Shown: positions 38,721 to 49,106 of the stretch, one piece after another | How the letters are laid out: every line of letters begins with the position of its first letter | How positions within the stretch are numbered: position 1 is the stretch's first letter | From: Nitrospinaceae bacterium | GTDB lineage: Bacteria; Nitrospinota; Nitrospinia; Nitrospinales; Nitrospinaceae | Assembly: GCA_965223665.1 (NCBI GenBank) | Contig: OZ245011.1 | Location: forward strand, 3,360,001 to 3,424,000 | Direction of reading: 5' to 3' | DNA: 64,000 nt | The notes under the pieces: model-generated | Seen by the model: the letters and a program-made list of their open reading frames with translations, nothing else | The model's database searches: none | What the model was told of the DNA's origin: nothing | Position numbers and translations under genes: made by a program

Positions 38721-41300
38721 TTAGATATCAACTTTTCTAAGAGTATAGATTGGTTTATTTTTAAGAACATCCCAGCTGCTAAGAATCCCAGTAAGAGTAG
38801 TTAAAATTACGGCGGCCAAAAATGCCCAACCCAGGGGAGTAAACCGGAAGTGCCATTCCGATTTAACAACGTATTCCATAATTCCCCAGGACAATCCTAA
38901 AGATAAAAATACTCCAATTCCGGCTGCAATAATTCCCAAAACCGCATATTCATAACCTAGAATAGAAGCTACTGCTTGTCGTTTAGCTCCCAAGGTTTTT
39001 AATATTGCTGATTCTTTTAATCGCCGAAACTTTGTTGAGGCGATCGCACCTGACAAAATAAATAAACCTGAAAAAATAGCAAAACCAGACATGAAATCTA
39101 CCAGGGTTAAGAGTTTATTGACTACCGATTCAACAGTCTCAACGATATCTCGTGTTCCTAATGCAGTAATGTTTGGCAAGGCTTGAACAACCGCTTGTTG
39201 TAATGGAAGTTCTTTATCTTTATCAACATTGACTGTGCTTACAAAGGTAACCGGTGCTCCCTCTAATGCACCCGGAGAAAAAATCATATAAAAATTAGTT
39301 CGCATATTTCGCCAATTTACTTTTCGAATGCTGGTAACGGTAGCAGATACTTTTATACCCTGAATATCCATAATAAGTTTAGAACCTATTCCAGCACCTA
39401 ATCTTTTGGCCCCATCTTCTTCAAGTGAAACTAATGACTGTGAAGCCTCCTCTTGGGACCACCACTTTCCTTTAACCAAAGTATTGTCTCGGTCGGGTGG
39501 GTCCGTCATATAAGTTGTCACAAATTCACGTGTGATAAACCATTCTTCTTCATGGCGTTTATTGTATTTCCAAGAATCTGCCAGACGTCCATCTATACTG
39601 TGAAATCGTGAACGAACTAGTGGGGTTAAAGTTTTTTCTGCACTGGGAGCAATTGAATCGACTACTTTCTCAAAAGTTTGTGTTTGGTCTCTTTGAATAT
39701 CAATAAAAAAGAAATTAGGGGGTCGGGCCTCTGTATTCCCATTCAACATGGAAACCATATCCATTTGTACAAGCCGAATTGTAAGCACTAACATGATTCC
39801 TATTCCCAACGCAGTTATAATTGAAGCCGCTTGGTTATTAGGTCGATATATATTAGCTAACCCGTAACGACGAGTCATGCGTTTTGAAGGAGGTAGCTTT
39901 CGAATCAATTTCAAAATTATTAAAGAAATTCCGCTAAGTAGAAAAGCGGAAATTATTAAGGCTAATAAAAAAACCAAACCCCGTTTAATTGATTCAGCTT
40001 GCCAAAAAATCATTCCTGCTAAACCGATGGAAAAGATGATTCCCATTAACCACCTTTGTCGACGGGAACCTTTAGAAAGTTCCTCTTCTTCTGCAATGTG
40101 ACGAAACAAGCGAAGAGGTCTTGTTCGAACTGCACGGATAAGCGGCCAAAGTGTAAATAGTAAAGTGGTGATGACTCCCAGGAGTAGCGATTGTATTGCA
40201 GGTTCCCACATGAACTCGGGTTCAACTTTTAAGGTTAACAAACCACTGAGTTTTGCGGGTAAAAAATGCTGTAGCGCATAACCAATACTAACTCCTAAAA
40301 CGCTTCCAGTTAGACCCAATAAAAGCGATTGTATTAGATATATTTTAAAAATTGTTTTGGAAGTTGCCCCAAGGCAATTGAGAATAGCGATTGTATCTAA
40401 TTTTTGTGCCATGAAAGTTTTTATGATCATGGCAATACCGATTCCACCCATTAATAAAGCTATAACCCCTACAGAACCTAAATATTTGCCTATCCGATCG
40501 ATTGAGTTAGTTAGCGAGGATTCTTTATCTTTATAAGTCCGCATAGAAGTCCCTTTGTCATTTAATCCCTTTTGTAATAAGGAAGCGGCTTTTTCAACAT
40601 CAAGATTCTTTGGGAGATGAATAAAGGTTTTATGTTTTACCCGACTTCCGGGTGCTATTAATTTTGCTTTGTCAAGTGTCCCTTGAGAAATCATGACGCG
40701 TGGGCCAATACTGAAGGCTCGTGAAATTCTGTCGGGTTCAGCTTCAATGATTCCGGTTATTTTTACCTGGGTGGCTCCTAATTGAAATGTGCTCCCCAGT
40801 TTTAAGTTAGTTTTGATTAGAAAGTTTAGTTCTACAAGGGCACTATTTCCTGCGATTAACTGGGATAAGGGAAGAGAAGGACGAGTTTTTAATTCTCCGT
40901 AAAAGGGATATAACGGTGGTTCTAGCGGTACAGATTTGATCTCGGTTAAAATGTTAGCAATTTTATTTTTTGTGGAAGAGGGAAATCGAGCCATTGCATT
41001 CAATTCTTTGATAAATGCAAAATCTGTTTGGGGAGGAAGGATTTTCTTTTGAAAACTTTTATCTTCAGGACTTTGTTCCCAACTACTTGATATAACTATA
41101 TCTGCGGCGAGAAGCCCTTTGGATTCTTTCTGAATGGCTTGTTCCAAAATTTTTGAAAAACTTTGGATGGTCATCACTGCTCCCACTCCTATAGCAAGGC
41201 AGATGATAAAGAACATAAACCGTCTTCCCGCGCCCCGGCATTCGTTCCAGGCCAAGGCAAAAATTTTTTTTATAGAAAGCCGACGATTAGAAGTAATCAT
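38721..41300 (-). CDS. ybbP: YbbP-like FtsX/MacB-family ABC transporter permease
   Basis: GLLAADI, PFYG, PNFFFIDIQ, RKVNW...TNFY.IFSP, SAILKTLGA. Confidence 0.85.
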   Translation of the reverse strand: MITSNRRLSIKKIFALAWNECRGAGRRFMFFIICLAIGVGAVMTIQSFSKILEQAIQKESKGLLAADIVISSSWEQSPEDKSFQKKILPPQTDFAFIKELNAMARFPSSTKNKIANILTEIKSVPLEPPLYPFYGELKTRPSLPLSQLIAGNSALVELNFLIKTNLKLGSTFQLGATQVKITGIIEAEPDRISRAFSIGPRVMISQGTLDKAKLIAPGSRVKHKTFIHLPKNLDVEKAASLLQKGLNDKGTSMRTYKDKESSLTNSIDRIGKYLGSVGVIALLMGGIGIAMIIKTFMAQKLDTIAILNCLGATSKTIFKIYLIQSLLLGLTGSVLGVSIGYALQHFLPAKLSGLLTLKVEPEFMWEPAIQSLLLGVITTLLFTLWPLIRAVRTRPLRLFRHIAEEEELSKGSRRQRWLMGIIFSIGLAGMIFWQAESIKRGLVFLLALIISAFLLSGISLIILKLIRKLPPSKRMTRRYGLANIYRPNNQAASIITALGIGIMLVLTIRLVQMDMVSMLNGNTEARPPNFFFIDIQRDQTQTFEKVVDSIAPSAEKTLTPLVRSRFHSIDGRLADSWKYNKRHEEEWFITREFVTTYMTDPPDRDNTLVKGKWWSQEEASQSLVSLEEDGAKRLGAGIGSKLIMDIQGIKVSATVTSIRKVNWRNMRTNFYMIFSPGALEGAPVTFVSTVNVDKDKELPLQQAVVQALPNITALGTRDIVETVESVVNKLLTLVDFMSGFAIFSGLFILSGAIASTKFRRLKESAILKTLGAKRQAVASILGYEYAVLGIIAAGIGVFLSLGLSWGIMEYVVKSEWHFRFTPLGWAFLAAVILTTLTGILSSWDVLKNKPIYTLRKVDI

Positions 41301-41977
41301 GCCTTTGTGTTTAGTATGTCGTTAATAATTTTCCCGTCTTCCATTGTTAGTATCCGTTGGGTTTTTTCGGCAATATGACGTTCATGGGTTACTAGAAGAA
41401 TGGTGGCTTGTTTGACTCTATGTAATTCTGATATAAGTTCTAAAATACGGTCGCTATTTTTGCTGTCTAAATTTCCCGTGGGTTCATCCGCCAGCACTAT
41501 ATCCGGTTCATTTATAAAAGCGCGAGCTAAAGATAACCGTTGTTGTTCCCCGCCTGATAGTTGAGAAGGATAATGATGATAACGTTCCCCTAAACCTACG
41601 GTTCCTAAAAGGTCTTGGGATTTTTTGTAAGCACTACTGGTACCATTTAATTCTGCAGAAAGAATCACATTTTCTAAAGCGGTTAAAGTGGGAATTAGAT
41701 GAAAATTTTGAAAAACAAAACCAAATCTTTCTCCTCTCAGTTGAGCTAATTCATCCTCGTTAAATTTTGTGATATCCTCGCCATCCACCATAATTGAACC
41801 GGTGGAAGGTATATCCAGTCCCGCTAATAGGCTAAGTAATGTTGTCTTGCCACTTCCTGAGGGGCCAGTAATGGCAACGAATTGTCCCCTGGGCACCATT
41901 AGATTGATACCTTTTAATATATCAACCCGGTGGCCGCCCCCATGTAATGATTTTGTTAAGTCAATGGTTTGGATCAT
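41297..41977 (-). CDS. ybbA: YbbA/LolD-like ABC transporter ATP-binding protein
   Basis: GPSGSGKT, LSGGEQQR, ADEPTGNLD; divergent from tesA as in the known locus layout. Confidence 0.88.
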   Translation of the reverse strand: MIQTIDLTKSLHGGGHRVDILKGINLMVPRGQFVAITGPSGSGKTTLLSLLAGLDIPSTGSIMVDGEDITKFNEDELAQLRGERFGFVFQNFHLIPTLTALENVILSAELNGTSSAYKKSQDLLGTVGLGERYHHYPSQLSGGEQQRLSLARAFINEPDIVLADEPTGNLDSKNSDRILELISELHRVKQATILLVTHERHIAEKTQRILTMEDGKIINDILNTKA

Positions 41978-42057
41978 TTGATAAACTATATTTGTTAAAA
42001 TGTTAAAAGCAATCCATCAACAATTATGTAAATACTCAAACATAATAGATAGGGCTT

Positions 42058-42696
42058 ATGAATTATTTTTACAAAGTCAGGCGGTTGATTCCAGTTGTTT
42101 TTTTATTAGTCCTTATTTGGGGTTTAACTATGCATGAGGGGGAGGCAAATTCCGAACCGGTAATTCTAGCTTTTGGGGATAGCCTTACCGCAGGGTATAT
42201 GGTGGCGGAGAGCGAGAGCTATCCTCAGAGATTGCAAAAACTTCTCAAAGAGAAGGGCTATTCGCATAAAGTTATCAATGCTGGCGTAACTGGGGATACC
42301 ACTGCTGGAGGTGTCCGACGGATCAATTGGTTACTCAAGCATAAACCGGAAATCGTAATTTTAGAACTTGGCGCTAATGATGGGCTTCGAGGTTTGTCTT
42401 TAGAGGAAATGCGTATAAACTTATCAAAGATTATTGAAGCTTGTTTAAATAATGGGGCAAAAGTACTTTTGGCGGGAATGAAAATTCCACACAATTATGG
42501 TCTCGAATATACCAATGAATTTGAAGAAAGCTTTTCTAAATTAGCTAAAAAATATAACTTGCCCTTTATTCCTTTCTTCTTAGAGGATGTTGCTGCTCAT
42601 CGTGAACTTACCCAGCCAGATGGTATCCACCCGGTAGGGAAAGGCTATAACCATGTTACCCAAACTGTGTGGAAGCACCTAAAACCAATGCTATAA
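42058..42696 (+). CDS. tesA: Arylesterase/acyl-CoA thioesterase I (SGNH/GDSL)
   Basis: GDSLTAG, GDTTAGG, ELGANDGLRG, DGIHP. Confidence 0.92.
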   Translation: MNYFYKVRRLIPVVFLLVLIWGLTMHEGEANSEPVILAFGDSLTAGYMVAESESYPQRLQKLLKEKGYSHKVINAGVTGDTTAGGVRRINWLLKHKPEIVILELGANDGLRGLSLEEMRINLSKIIEACLNNGAKVLLAGMKIPHNYGLEYTNEFEESFSKLAKKYNLPFIPFFLEDVAAHRELTQPDGIHPVGKGYNHVTQTVWKHLKPML

Positions 42697-42709
42697 ATCA
42701 AAGTCAGTT

Positions 42710-43807
42710 TTACTGCATTTCCTCAATTAAGCTCATCAATTTCTCAAAACATTTTCCTTCTTTCTGGAGCCGAATTGCTAAATCAAAGGTGTTTTGTAGG
42801 TTAGTTTGCTTATGAAAATGAGATTTTAAGGTTGCAGCCTGATGTGCAATCATGACAGTAGCGGGACTGGAACCATTTTTAAGAGCTTGTTCGCCAAGTT
42901 GGGCAAGATTGGTCCGGGTTGCGGAGATTTCTTTTAGTTCCTCAAAGGCATTTTTGATTTTTCGCACCGTGGTTTCATTATAAACGGACTCAAAATATAT
43001 ACTAATATCTTTTGGCTCTTCCTCTTGGGAATGTATAAATAGCTTAGCCTTTTTATGAATCCCATAAAGAGTAGTTCCTTCCATTCCATTACCAATAATA
43101 ACTCTATTAAAGTCACTTAATTGAGCCACAGCCAACATGGGTTCTTCATAACCGGGATGAAAATAGTTTGTGGCTAAAAAATTCGTTTTTGCTTTTAAGG
43201 GCATTAACATTTTTTCAAAAGTGGCTAGCATAGGACGTTTTACAATTTCTTTACGTAAGTCTTGAAGTGAGTCCAGTTTGGGATGGCTTTGCTGAGTGCT
43301 CAAATAACCAAATCCATTCTGTTCAATAAGAATTTTCCTTTGTTCAAATGACGTGTTTTTGGGAACTCCATAATGATTGATCAGTAAATCTTCAAAAGTA
43401 ATTCCAAACTTTGGAGGTAAGGGTAAGCAAGAATGACCATAGGCCGGAAGTCCCATTTCAGCCAACACGGGCAAAGTGTAAAAGCCAAAGTATGGAATTC
43501 GCTGAAATCCATCAAACGCATCCGCAACCTGAAGGAGGCAATCTAGTTCTATGGATTGAATATGAGTGCTGGAATTTAAGGCTTTCCAGAAACCAATATT
43601 TTCTTCCAATGTTTCGCGTTTCATTCTAAGTGCAATGAGAAATAATCCGGATCTAACAACTGAAACTTTACCATCCAAAACTAAGGTTAATCCGTCCTGA
43701 GCTTCTTGCTCTGTTAGGTTTTTGCTCATGTTAGGGCCGGTGGCAACCTTTAAAAGATAACCCTTCATTCTTTCTTCTGGAGTTAAGTTAAATATTGAAT
43801 CATTCAT
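42710..43807 (-). CDS. Glycosyltransferase family 3 / TrpD-like (YbiB-type) protein
   Basis: KVATGP..SKNL, LRMKRET..E, R......R....T.EK, FHPGY, GMEG; canonical TrpD GTGGD motif absent. Confidence 0.7.
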   Translation of the reverse strand: MNDSIFNLTPEERMKGYLLKVATGPNMSKNLTEQEAQDGLTLVLDGKVSVVRSGLFLIALRMKRETLEENIGFWKALNSSTHIQSIELDCLLQVADAFDGFQRIPYFGFYTLPVLAEMGLPAYGHSCLPLPPKFGITFEDLLINHYGVPKNTSFEQRKILIEQNGFGYLSTQQSHPKLDSLQDLRKEIVKRPMLATFEKMLMPLKAKTNFLATNYFHPGYEEPMLAVAQLSDFNRVIIGNGMEGTTLYGIHKKAKLFIHSQEEEPKDISIYFESVYNETTVRKIKNAFEELKEISATRTNLAQLGEQALKNGSSPATVMIAHQAATLKSHFHKQTNLQNTFDLAIRLQKEGKCFEKLMSLIEEMQ

Positions 43808-43879
43808 AAATTCACAGATAACTGGTCTTAGGACTTTATTTCGAGTAAGATTATAGGTTTAATCCTTAAAATAAATTCA

Positions 43880-45595
43880 GTGGATACTAAAGCTATAAAT
43901 TCATTTCATTTCCAACACCCAAAGGAGCGGGAAGCTAAGGTATTATTGGTTTACCCAAGTACCCAGGATGTTGCGCTGGCCAATTTAGGCTTTCAAAGGG
44001 TGTATACCATTCTAAACAATTTAGATGGAGTCATTTGCGATCGATTTAGTCTCCCTCAGGGTTGGACCCCCGATCAGTCTACCTTAAAAGCTGATCAAAT
44101 GCGCTCTCATGATTTGGGTTTGTCCCCTCAAGAATTTGACATCATTGCTTTTTCTATTTCTTTTGAACCGGATTATCTCCATGTTGTAACTATTCTTAAG
44201 TATTTTAACATTCCAATAGATAGTAAGGAACGGGGATTAGAATTTCCGCTAATTGTTGCGGGTGGTTCTGCATTATTTATTAACCCCGAACCCCTTGCAG
44301 AAATAATGGACTTATGTTTTGTAGGAGAGGGAGAGGGATTGGCCAATGCATTTTTTAAGGAATTCACTGAAGGTTTTTGGAAAAGTAGAGATGAGTTATT
44401 AAGGAATTCAGAAAAAATTCCCGGGATTTACATCCCCAGGTTTTTCCAACCTGTTTACGAAGGAGAATATCAAGTAGACTTAAAACCCAAGGGTAGTTTT
44501 TCAGATAGGATAATTCGTCATTGGGTTCCGGAAAACTCTAAAGATCTTTGCACACATTCTGAGTTACATGATACCAGTTCGACTTTCAAAGATATGGCAT
44601 TGATGGAAGTGACTCGTGGTTGTATTTGGGCTTGCCGCTTTTGCACGGCAGGTTTTATTTACCGTCCACCTCGGGAACCGAACCTTGAAGACACATATAA
44701 TTCACTTTCGGAAGCTTTACATAATCAGGGCAAAGAAATGTCAACCATTGGTTTGGTGGGACCTTCAGTGACCGATCATCCAGAATTAATTCCATTAGCT
44801 CAACGGCTGGTTGAAGAGGGAAAGAAACTTTCTTTTTCTTCCCTACGAATGGAAACCTTGACAGAAGAGTTAGTGGATTTAATTTTACAAAGCGGTCAAA
44901 AAACTATCACAGTAGCTGTGGATGCACCCTCTGAACGAATGCGTGATGTCATAAATAAATCGGCTAGTGATGACTTTATTGTAGATAAATGTCGATTCCT
45001 TACTGAAAAAGGGATTTTGCATTTGAAGATTTATTCCATCATTGGCCTACCTTTGGAGCAGGAAGAAGATATTGACCAATTTATTGATCTTGTGAAATCT
45101 ATCCAGGGGGCATATGTGGATGCAAGTCGGTCTCGAGGAAAGATCGGAAGTATTACAATCAGTTTAAGCCCATTAGTTCCTAAACCAGGAACTCCATTTC
45201 AATGGCACCCTATGGAATCAGTTTCAGTTTTGAAAAAAAGATTTATGAAAGTACGTAAAGCTCTCAGTCGAATTCCAAATATTAATTTGTCTTTTGGTTC
45301 TCCTAATGAGGCTTATTTACAGACATTTTTATCTCGAGGTGACCGGAGGGCTTTAAATTTTTTTAAAGAATATTTATTGAATAATCATGATGCAAAACGC
45401 GCCTTGCAAAAAATGAATCCCCATCCAGACCATGTGGTTTATAGGCAATTCAATAAGGATGACTTTTTACCTTGGGACGTTATTGACCATGGTTATAGCC
45501 CAAATTTTTTATGGCAGGATTATCAAAGAGGATTGCGTGCAAAGCATACTCCTGTATGTGATACGGCTACTTGTAAAATTTGCGGAATTTGCTAG
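43880..45595 (+). CDS. B12-binding-like domain radical SAM protein
   Basis: LANLGF, FSISFE.D, EVTRGCIWACRFC (CxxxCxxC), VPKPGTPFQ, C-terminal C...C.ICGIC. Confidence 0.85.
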   Translation: MDTKAINSFHFQHPKEREAKVLLVYPSTQDVALANLGFQRVYTILNNLDGVICDRFSLPQGWTPDQSTLKADQMRSHDLGLSPQEFDIIAFSISFEPDYLHVVTILKYFNIPIDSKERGLEFPLIVAGGSALFINPEPLAEIMDLCFVGEGEGLANAFFKEFTEGFWKSRDELLRNSEKIPGIYIPRFFQPVYEGEYQVDLKPKGSFSDRIIRHWVPENSKDLCTHSELHDTSSTFKDMALMEVTRGCIWACRFCTAGFIYRPPREPNLEDTYNSLSEALHNQGKEMSTIGLVGPSVTDHPELIPLAQRLVEEGKKLSFSSLRMETLTEELVDLILQSGQKTITVAVDAPSERMRDVINKSASDDFIVDKCRFLTEKGILHLKIYSIIGLPLEQEEDIDQFIDLVKSIQGAYVDASRSRGKIGSITISLSPLVPKPGTPFQWHPMESVSVLKKRFMKVRKALSRIPNINLSFGSPNEAYLQTFLSRGDRRALNFFKEYLLNNHDAKRALQKMNPHPDHVVYRQFNKDDFLPWDVIDHGYSPNFLWQDYQRGLRAKHTPVCDTATCKICGIC

Positions 45596-45600
45596 TAAGT

Positions 45601-46515
45601 ATGGAAACGATAGACACTTTAGAAAAAATGAACAAGCTTCCAGCGGATCGCCGTTTTTTTGATATTAATGATTTGTGGTATTTCCCCAAACGGTGGGCCG
45701 TCCAATTTTTTTATCCTCTTCCAATTTCAGCGAATCAGATAACATTCCTTGCCTTAATCATGGGATTAATTTCTGCAGGAATATATTTTTGGGGAGGGAA
45801 TACTGCTCTCATATGGGGAGCTATCTTTTTATATCTGAAATCATTTTTGGATAATGTAGATGGTAACTTAGCAAGAGTTCGTGAAGAAGAATCCCGGTTA
45901 GGCCGATTTTTAGATTCCTTTTCGGATTTTGTAGTTGCTGTTCTTGTTTATGCAGCGGTAACTTGGAATTTATCCTTATTATCTTTGCAGCCAGGATACT
46001 ACTGGGCTTTAGGTGGGATGGCCTTGCTCAGCACTTTGATTCAGTGCAGTTATTGGGTTTATTATTACGTAAATTATACACAGTGGGTGGGAACTTATGG
46101 ATTAAATCGAGTCGATGAGTCTGTTACCGCTCAGGATAAAGAAAAATTAGAAACTGGAGAAATTTCCAGTATTACATTTTTCTTGCAGAGGTTTCATCAA
46201 TGGGTTTATGGGTGGCAAGATCGTTTAATCCAACAGTTTGATTTAATTTGTCGCCGTATTGCAGGTTATCAAGAGATAGAAAGGGAAAGAGAAATTTGGT
46301 TTGCTGATCAGAAATTTCTCAAGCTAATAGGACCCCTGTGTGTTTGTACGAATTCAATGGGGTTTGTGGTTTTTTCTTTGTTGGGAAAAATTGAGTTATT
46401 TTTTTTAGTTGTGGTAGTACTTGGAAACATCTATATGATTGGACTTTCAATCTTAAAAATTAGATGGTTTCGACGAAGTAAATTTAAATGGAAGGCAAAG
46501 GATCCTTCTTTTTAA
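45601..46515 (+). CDS. CDP-alcohol phosphatidyltransferase family protein
   Basis: ANQIT and DNVDGNLAR......GRFLDSFSD signature; ATG at 45601. Confidence 0.88.
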   Translation: METIDTLEKMNKLPADRRFFDINDLWYFPKRWAVQFFYPLPISANQITFLALIMGLISAGIYFWGGNTALIWGAIFLYLKSFLDNVDGNLARVREEESRLGRFLDSFSDFVVAVLVYAAVTWNLSLLSLQPGYYWALGGMALLSTLIQCSYWVYYYVNYTQWVGTYGLNRVDESVTAQDKEKLETGEISSITFFLQRFHQWVYGWQDRLIQQFDLICRRIAGYQEIEREREIWFADQKFLKLIGPLCVCTNSMGFVVFSLLGKIELFFLVVVVLGNIYMIGLSILKIRWFRRSKFKWKAKDPSF

Positions 46516-46535
46516 GCCCTCTTAAGATTTTGGTA

Positions 46536-47195
46536 CTAATTTCTTCTGTAATCAAAATTAGTTTCTTTAAATTTTTTGGATTGGAAAACCAGTTTAATTT
46601 TTAGCCTAAGATATTCCATTAAAAATTCGTGACGTTTTAATACATCTATTTCTTCCAGAAAAAACTTTTTTTGATCCAAAGACATATCGAATAGATAAGA
46701 AATGCGGTCTACAGCTTGGCTTAGGGTTTTACAATCTGATAAATCTGGTTTCACTTTTTGTGAGTTTTTTTCAGGTAGGGAATCGATAAATTGTCTAAAA
46801 GTGCCCATTAAACTATTCAATAAAGTATTATGGGGTTCCAATGGTTGATCGTTTACAGGATTTAGCCACTCTACTTCTGCTTGACGGTAAGAAGTGTCTC
46901 CAAATTCATTAATTATTTTGAATCTCTTTTGCCCCTTCAAAACTATATCAAATTTACCATCATTTAAACGGTTCCATTTTTCTAAATTTCCTGCACATCC
47001 TATAGGCTGAACTTCGGGTTTATTATAATATTCATTTTCCCATCCAGGCTTAAGGAGAACCATTCCTATCCACTGATTGCTTTTAATAGAATCTTCAACC
47101 ATGTCACGGTATCTAGGTTCAAAAATGTGAAGGGGTAGCGGAGTGTCCGGAAAAAAAACTGAAGAAGGTAAAGGAAAAATGGAAATTCGATTCAT
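46536..47195 (-). CDS. LON peptidase N-terminal (substrate-binding) domain protein
   Basis: IFPL..VFFP...LPLHIFEPRYRDMV, IGCAG, DG.FDI...G..RF. Confidence 0.88.
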   Translation of the reverse strand: MNRISIFPLPSSVFFPDTPLPLHIFEPRYRDMVEDSIKSNQWIGMVLLKPGWENEYYNKPEVQPIGCAGNLEKWNRLNDGKFDIVLKGQKRFKIINEFGDTSYRQAEVEWLNPVNDQPLEPHNTLLNSLMGTFRQFIDSLPEKNSQKVKPDLSDCKTLSQAVDRISYLFDMSLDQKKFFLEEIDVLKRHEFLMEYLRLKIKLVFQSKKFKETNFDYRRN

Positions 47196-47427
47196 TTTTT
47201 TCTTTTTATTAAGTCGGAAAAGCTATTTTTAATAAATTTGGTTGTATAGGGATTTTAACATCCTTAAAATTAAGGAAAAAGGGTTTCCTTATAAATTAGA
47301 ATAAACCATAAATACCCTTTTTAGGGTATTTTGTTAAATGAAATAAATCCTTCTGCGATTTAATGAATCCACATTATGTTACAAAAAGCATTTTTTCGGC
47401 CCTTTTTAATCTTAAAACCGTATAGCT

Positions 47428-48828
47428 ATGATCGTTGTACCTGAAAATATTTGTGCAGAAATACAGGGATCTCTTATTCAATCAGGCCTCTATTCGTTAG
47501 AGCATAATGATCCTGTAAAAAATTGGAGAATAGCGGCAGAGCCCTATAAAGTTTCCTCTCAAGATTTAGACTTTTTCAAAAAATTAGGGGGAATTTTATT
47601 AGAGTTTTATTCGGCTCTAAATAGCTTATACCTGGAAAGCTATAAGGGGAAAGCTCCTGAATGGGTAGCAGATTATTTGGATCGTGGCAAGCCTTCCGAC
47701 TTAGTAGAATATTCTAGAATGAAAAAATTTAAGAATATTCTACCTGGAATAATTCGGCCGGATATCATGGTAAAGGAAAAGGGGTTTGCGGTTACAGAGT
47801 TGGATTCAGTCCCAGGAGGGTTTGGATTAACGGCCCATTTAATGAAAGCATATTCCAATCATGGATGGGAAATTTGTGGTAGTGAGAATGATATTACAGA
47901 ATCATTTTTTAAAATGTTAGGAAATTCTTCAAATGTAACCAATCCAACTGTTGCCATTATTGTTTCTGATGAGGCTGTGGATTACCTTGCAGAAATGGAA
48001 TTTTTAAGTAAGGAGTTAAGAAAAAAAGAACGCAAGGTTTATGTATTGCAACCGAGACAGGTAATATTTTCTGAAGAGGGATTGTTTTTTGAAAATGAAG
48101 GTAAAAAAGTTTGCATTGATATTGTTTATCGATTTTTTGAATTATTTGATTTGAAAAATATTCCTAAGTCTGAATTATTTATGTATAGCAACAAAAAAGG
48201 AAAAATTAATACCACGCCACCCTATAAGCCGTATTTGGAAGAAAAGTTGAATTTTGCCTTGTTTCATCATCCTGCTCTCAGCGTTTGGTGGGAAAAACAC
48301 CTTAAATCTGAAACTTTTGAGACTTTAAATCATCTAATTCCAAAAAGTTGGATTCTGGATAACCGGCCTTTACCTCCTCAAGGAGTGATTCCTAACTTGA
48401 AATTAAGGAATAAGGCAGTCCAGGATTGGGCAGAGTTAAGTTCCCTATCTCAAAAGGAACGTGAACTGGTTATTAAGCCCTCAGGATTTTCCCCAGAGGC
48501 TTGGGGAAGTCGGGGTGTAACCATAGGCCATGATGTTTCAAGTGAAATTTGGCAGGAAACATTAAGTGAAAGTTTAGATCGATTTGAAAGCCAACCTTAT
48601 ATTTTGCAGGAATTTCATAAGGGAAAAAGAATTCAAATGAGTTATTGGGATCCACAAACAGATACAATGGAAGAAATGCAGGGTAGAGTTAGGCTCACTC
48701 CTTATTATTTTATTGTTAACCAAGAGGCCCAATTAGGCGGTATATTGGCGACCATTTGTCCTCAGGATAAAAAGAAAATCCATGGAATGGTTGATGCGAT
48801 TATGGTGCCTTGCGCGGTCGAAAATTAA
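47428..48828 (+). CDS. Putative circularly permuted ATP-grasp amide ligase (GspS/eukaryotic GSH synthetase-like fold)
   Basis: IRPD...TELDSVPGG, VYRFFE, EEK, LVIKPSG...WGSRGV, YILQEF, in the order seen in permuted ATP-grasp enzymes. Confidence 0.65.
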   Translation: MIVVPENICAEIQGSLIQSGLYSLEHNDPVKNWRIAAEPYKVSSQDLDFFKKLGGILLEFYSALNSLYLESYKGKAPEWVADYLDRGKPSDLVEYSRMKKFKNILPGIIRPDIMVKEKGFAVTELDSVPGGFGLTAHLMKAYSNHGWEICGSENDITESFFKMLGNSSNVTNPTVAIIVSDEAVDYLAEMEFLSKELRKKERKVYVLQPRQVIFSEEGLFFENEGKKVCIDIVYRFFELFDLKNIPKSELFMYSNKKGKINTTPPYKPYLEEKLNFALFHHPALSVWWEKHLKSETFETLNHLIPKSWILDNRPLPPQGVIPNLKLRNKAVQDWAELSSLSQKERELVIKPSGFSPEAWGSRGVTIGHDVSSEIWQETLSESLDRFESQPYILQEFHKGKRIQMSYWDPQTDTMEEMQGRVRLTPYYFIVNQEAQLGGILATICPQDKKKIHGMVDAIMVPCAVEN

Positions 48829-48844
48829 ATAACAATTATTAATT

Positions 48845-49084
48845 ATGATACGACTATATAATATTGATGGTTGCGGTTATTGTAGTTTAGTTCGTAACAC
48901 TTTAAAAAATTTGGAAATTGAGTACGAAAAAATTGATGTTCCCTGGCCACACCATTTACGAAAAGAAGTGCAAGAAGTTTCAGGACAAACTACAGTGCCG
49001 GTATTGGTTGATGGGGATGTTGTTTTGGCTGATGAATATGAAATAATTGATTACCTGAAAACAACCTATTCTAAGAAAATTTAA
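48845..49084 (+). CDS. Glutaredoxin/GST-N-like thioredoxin-fold protein
   Basis: CGYC, SGQTTVPVLVDG, I..YL. Confidence 0.88.
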   Translation: MIRLYNIDGCGYCSLVRNTLKNLEIEYEKIDVPWPHHLRKEVQEVSGQTTVPVLVDGDVVLADEYEIIDYLKTTYSKKI

Positions 49085-49106
49085 TCTCCCAAACAAAAGG
49101 ATATCC

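Noticed and set aside
42710-43807. True anthranilate phosphoribosyltransferase (trpD)
   Set aside because: Lacks the GTGGD and KHGN motifs and has no trp context; better described as YbiB-like.
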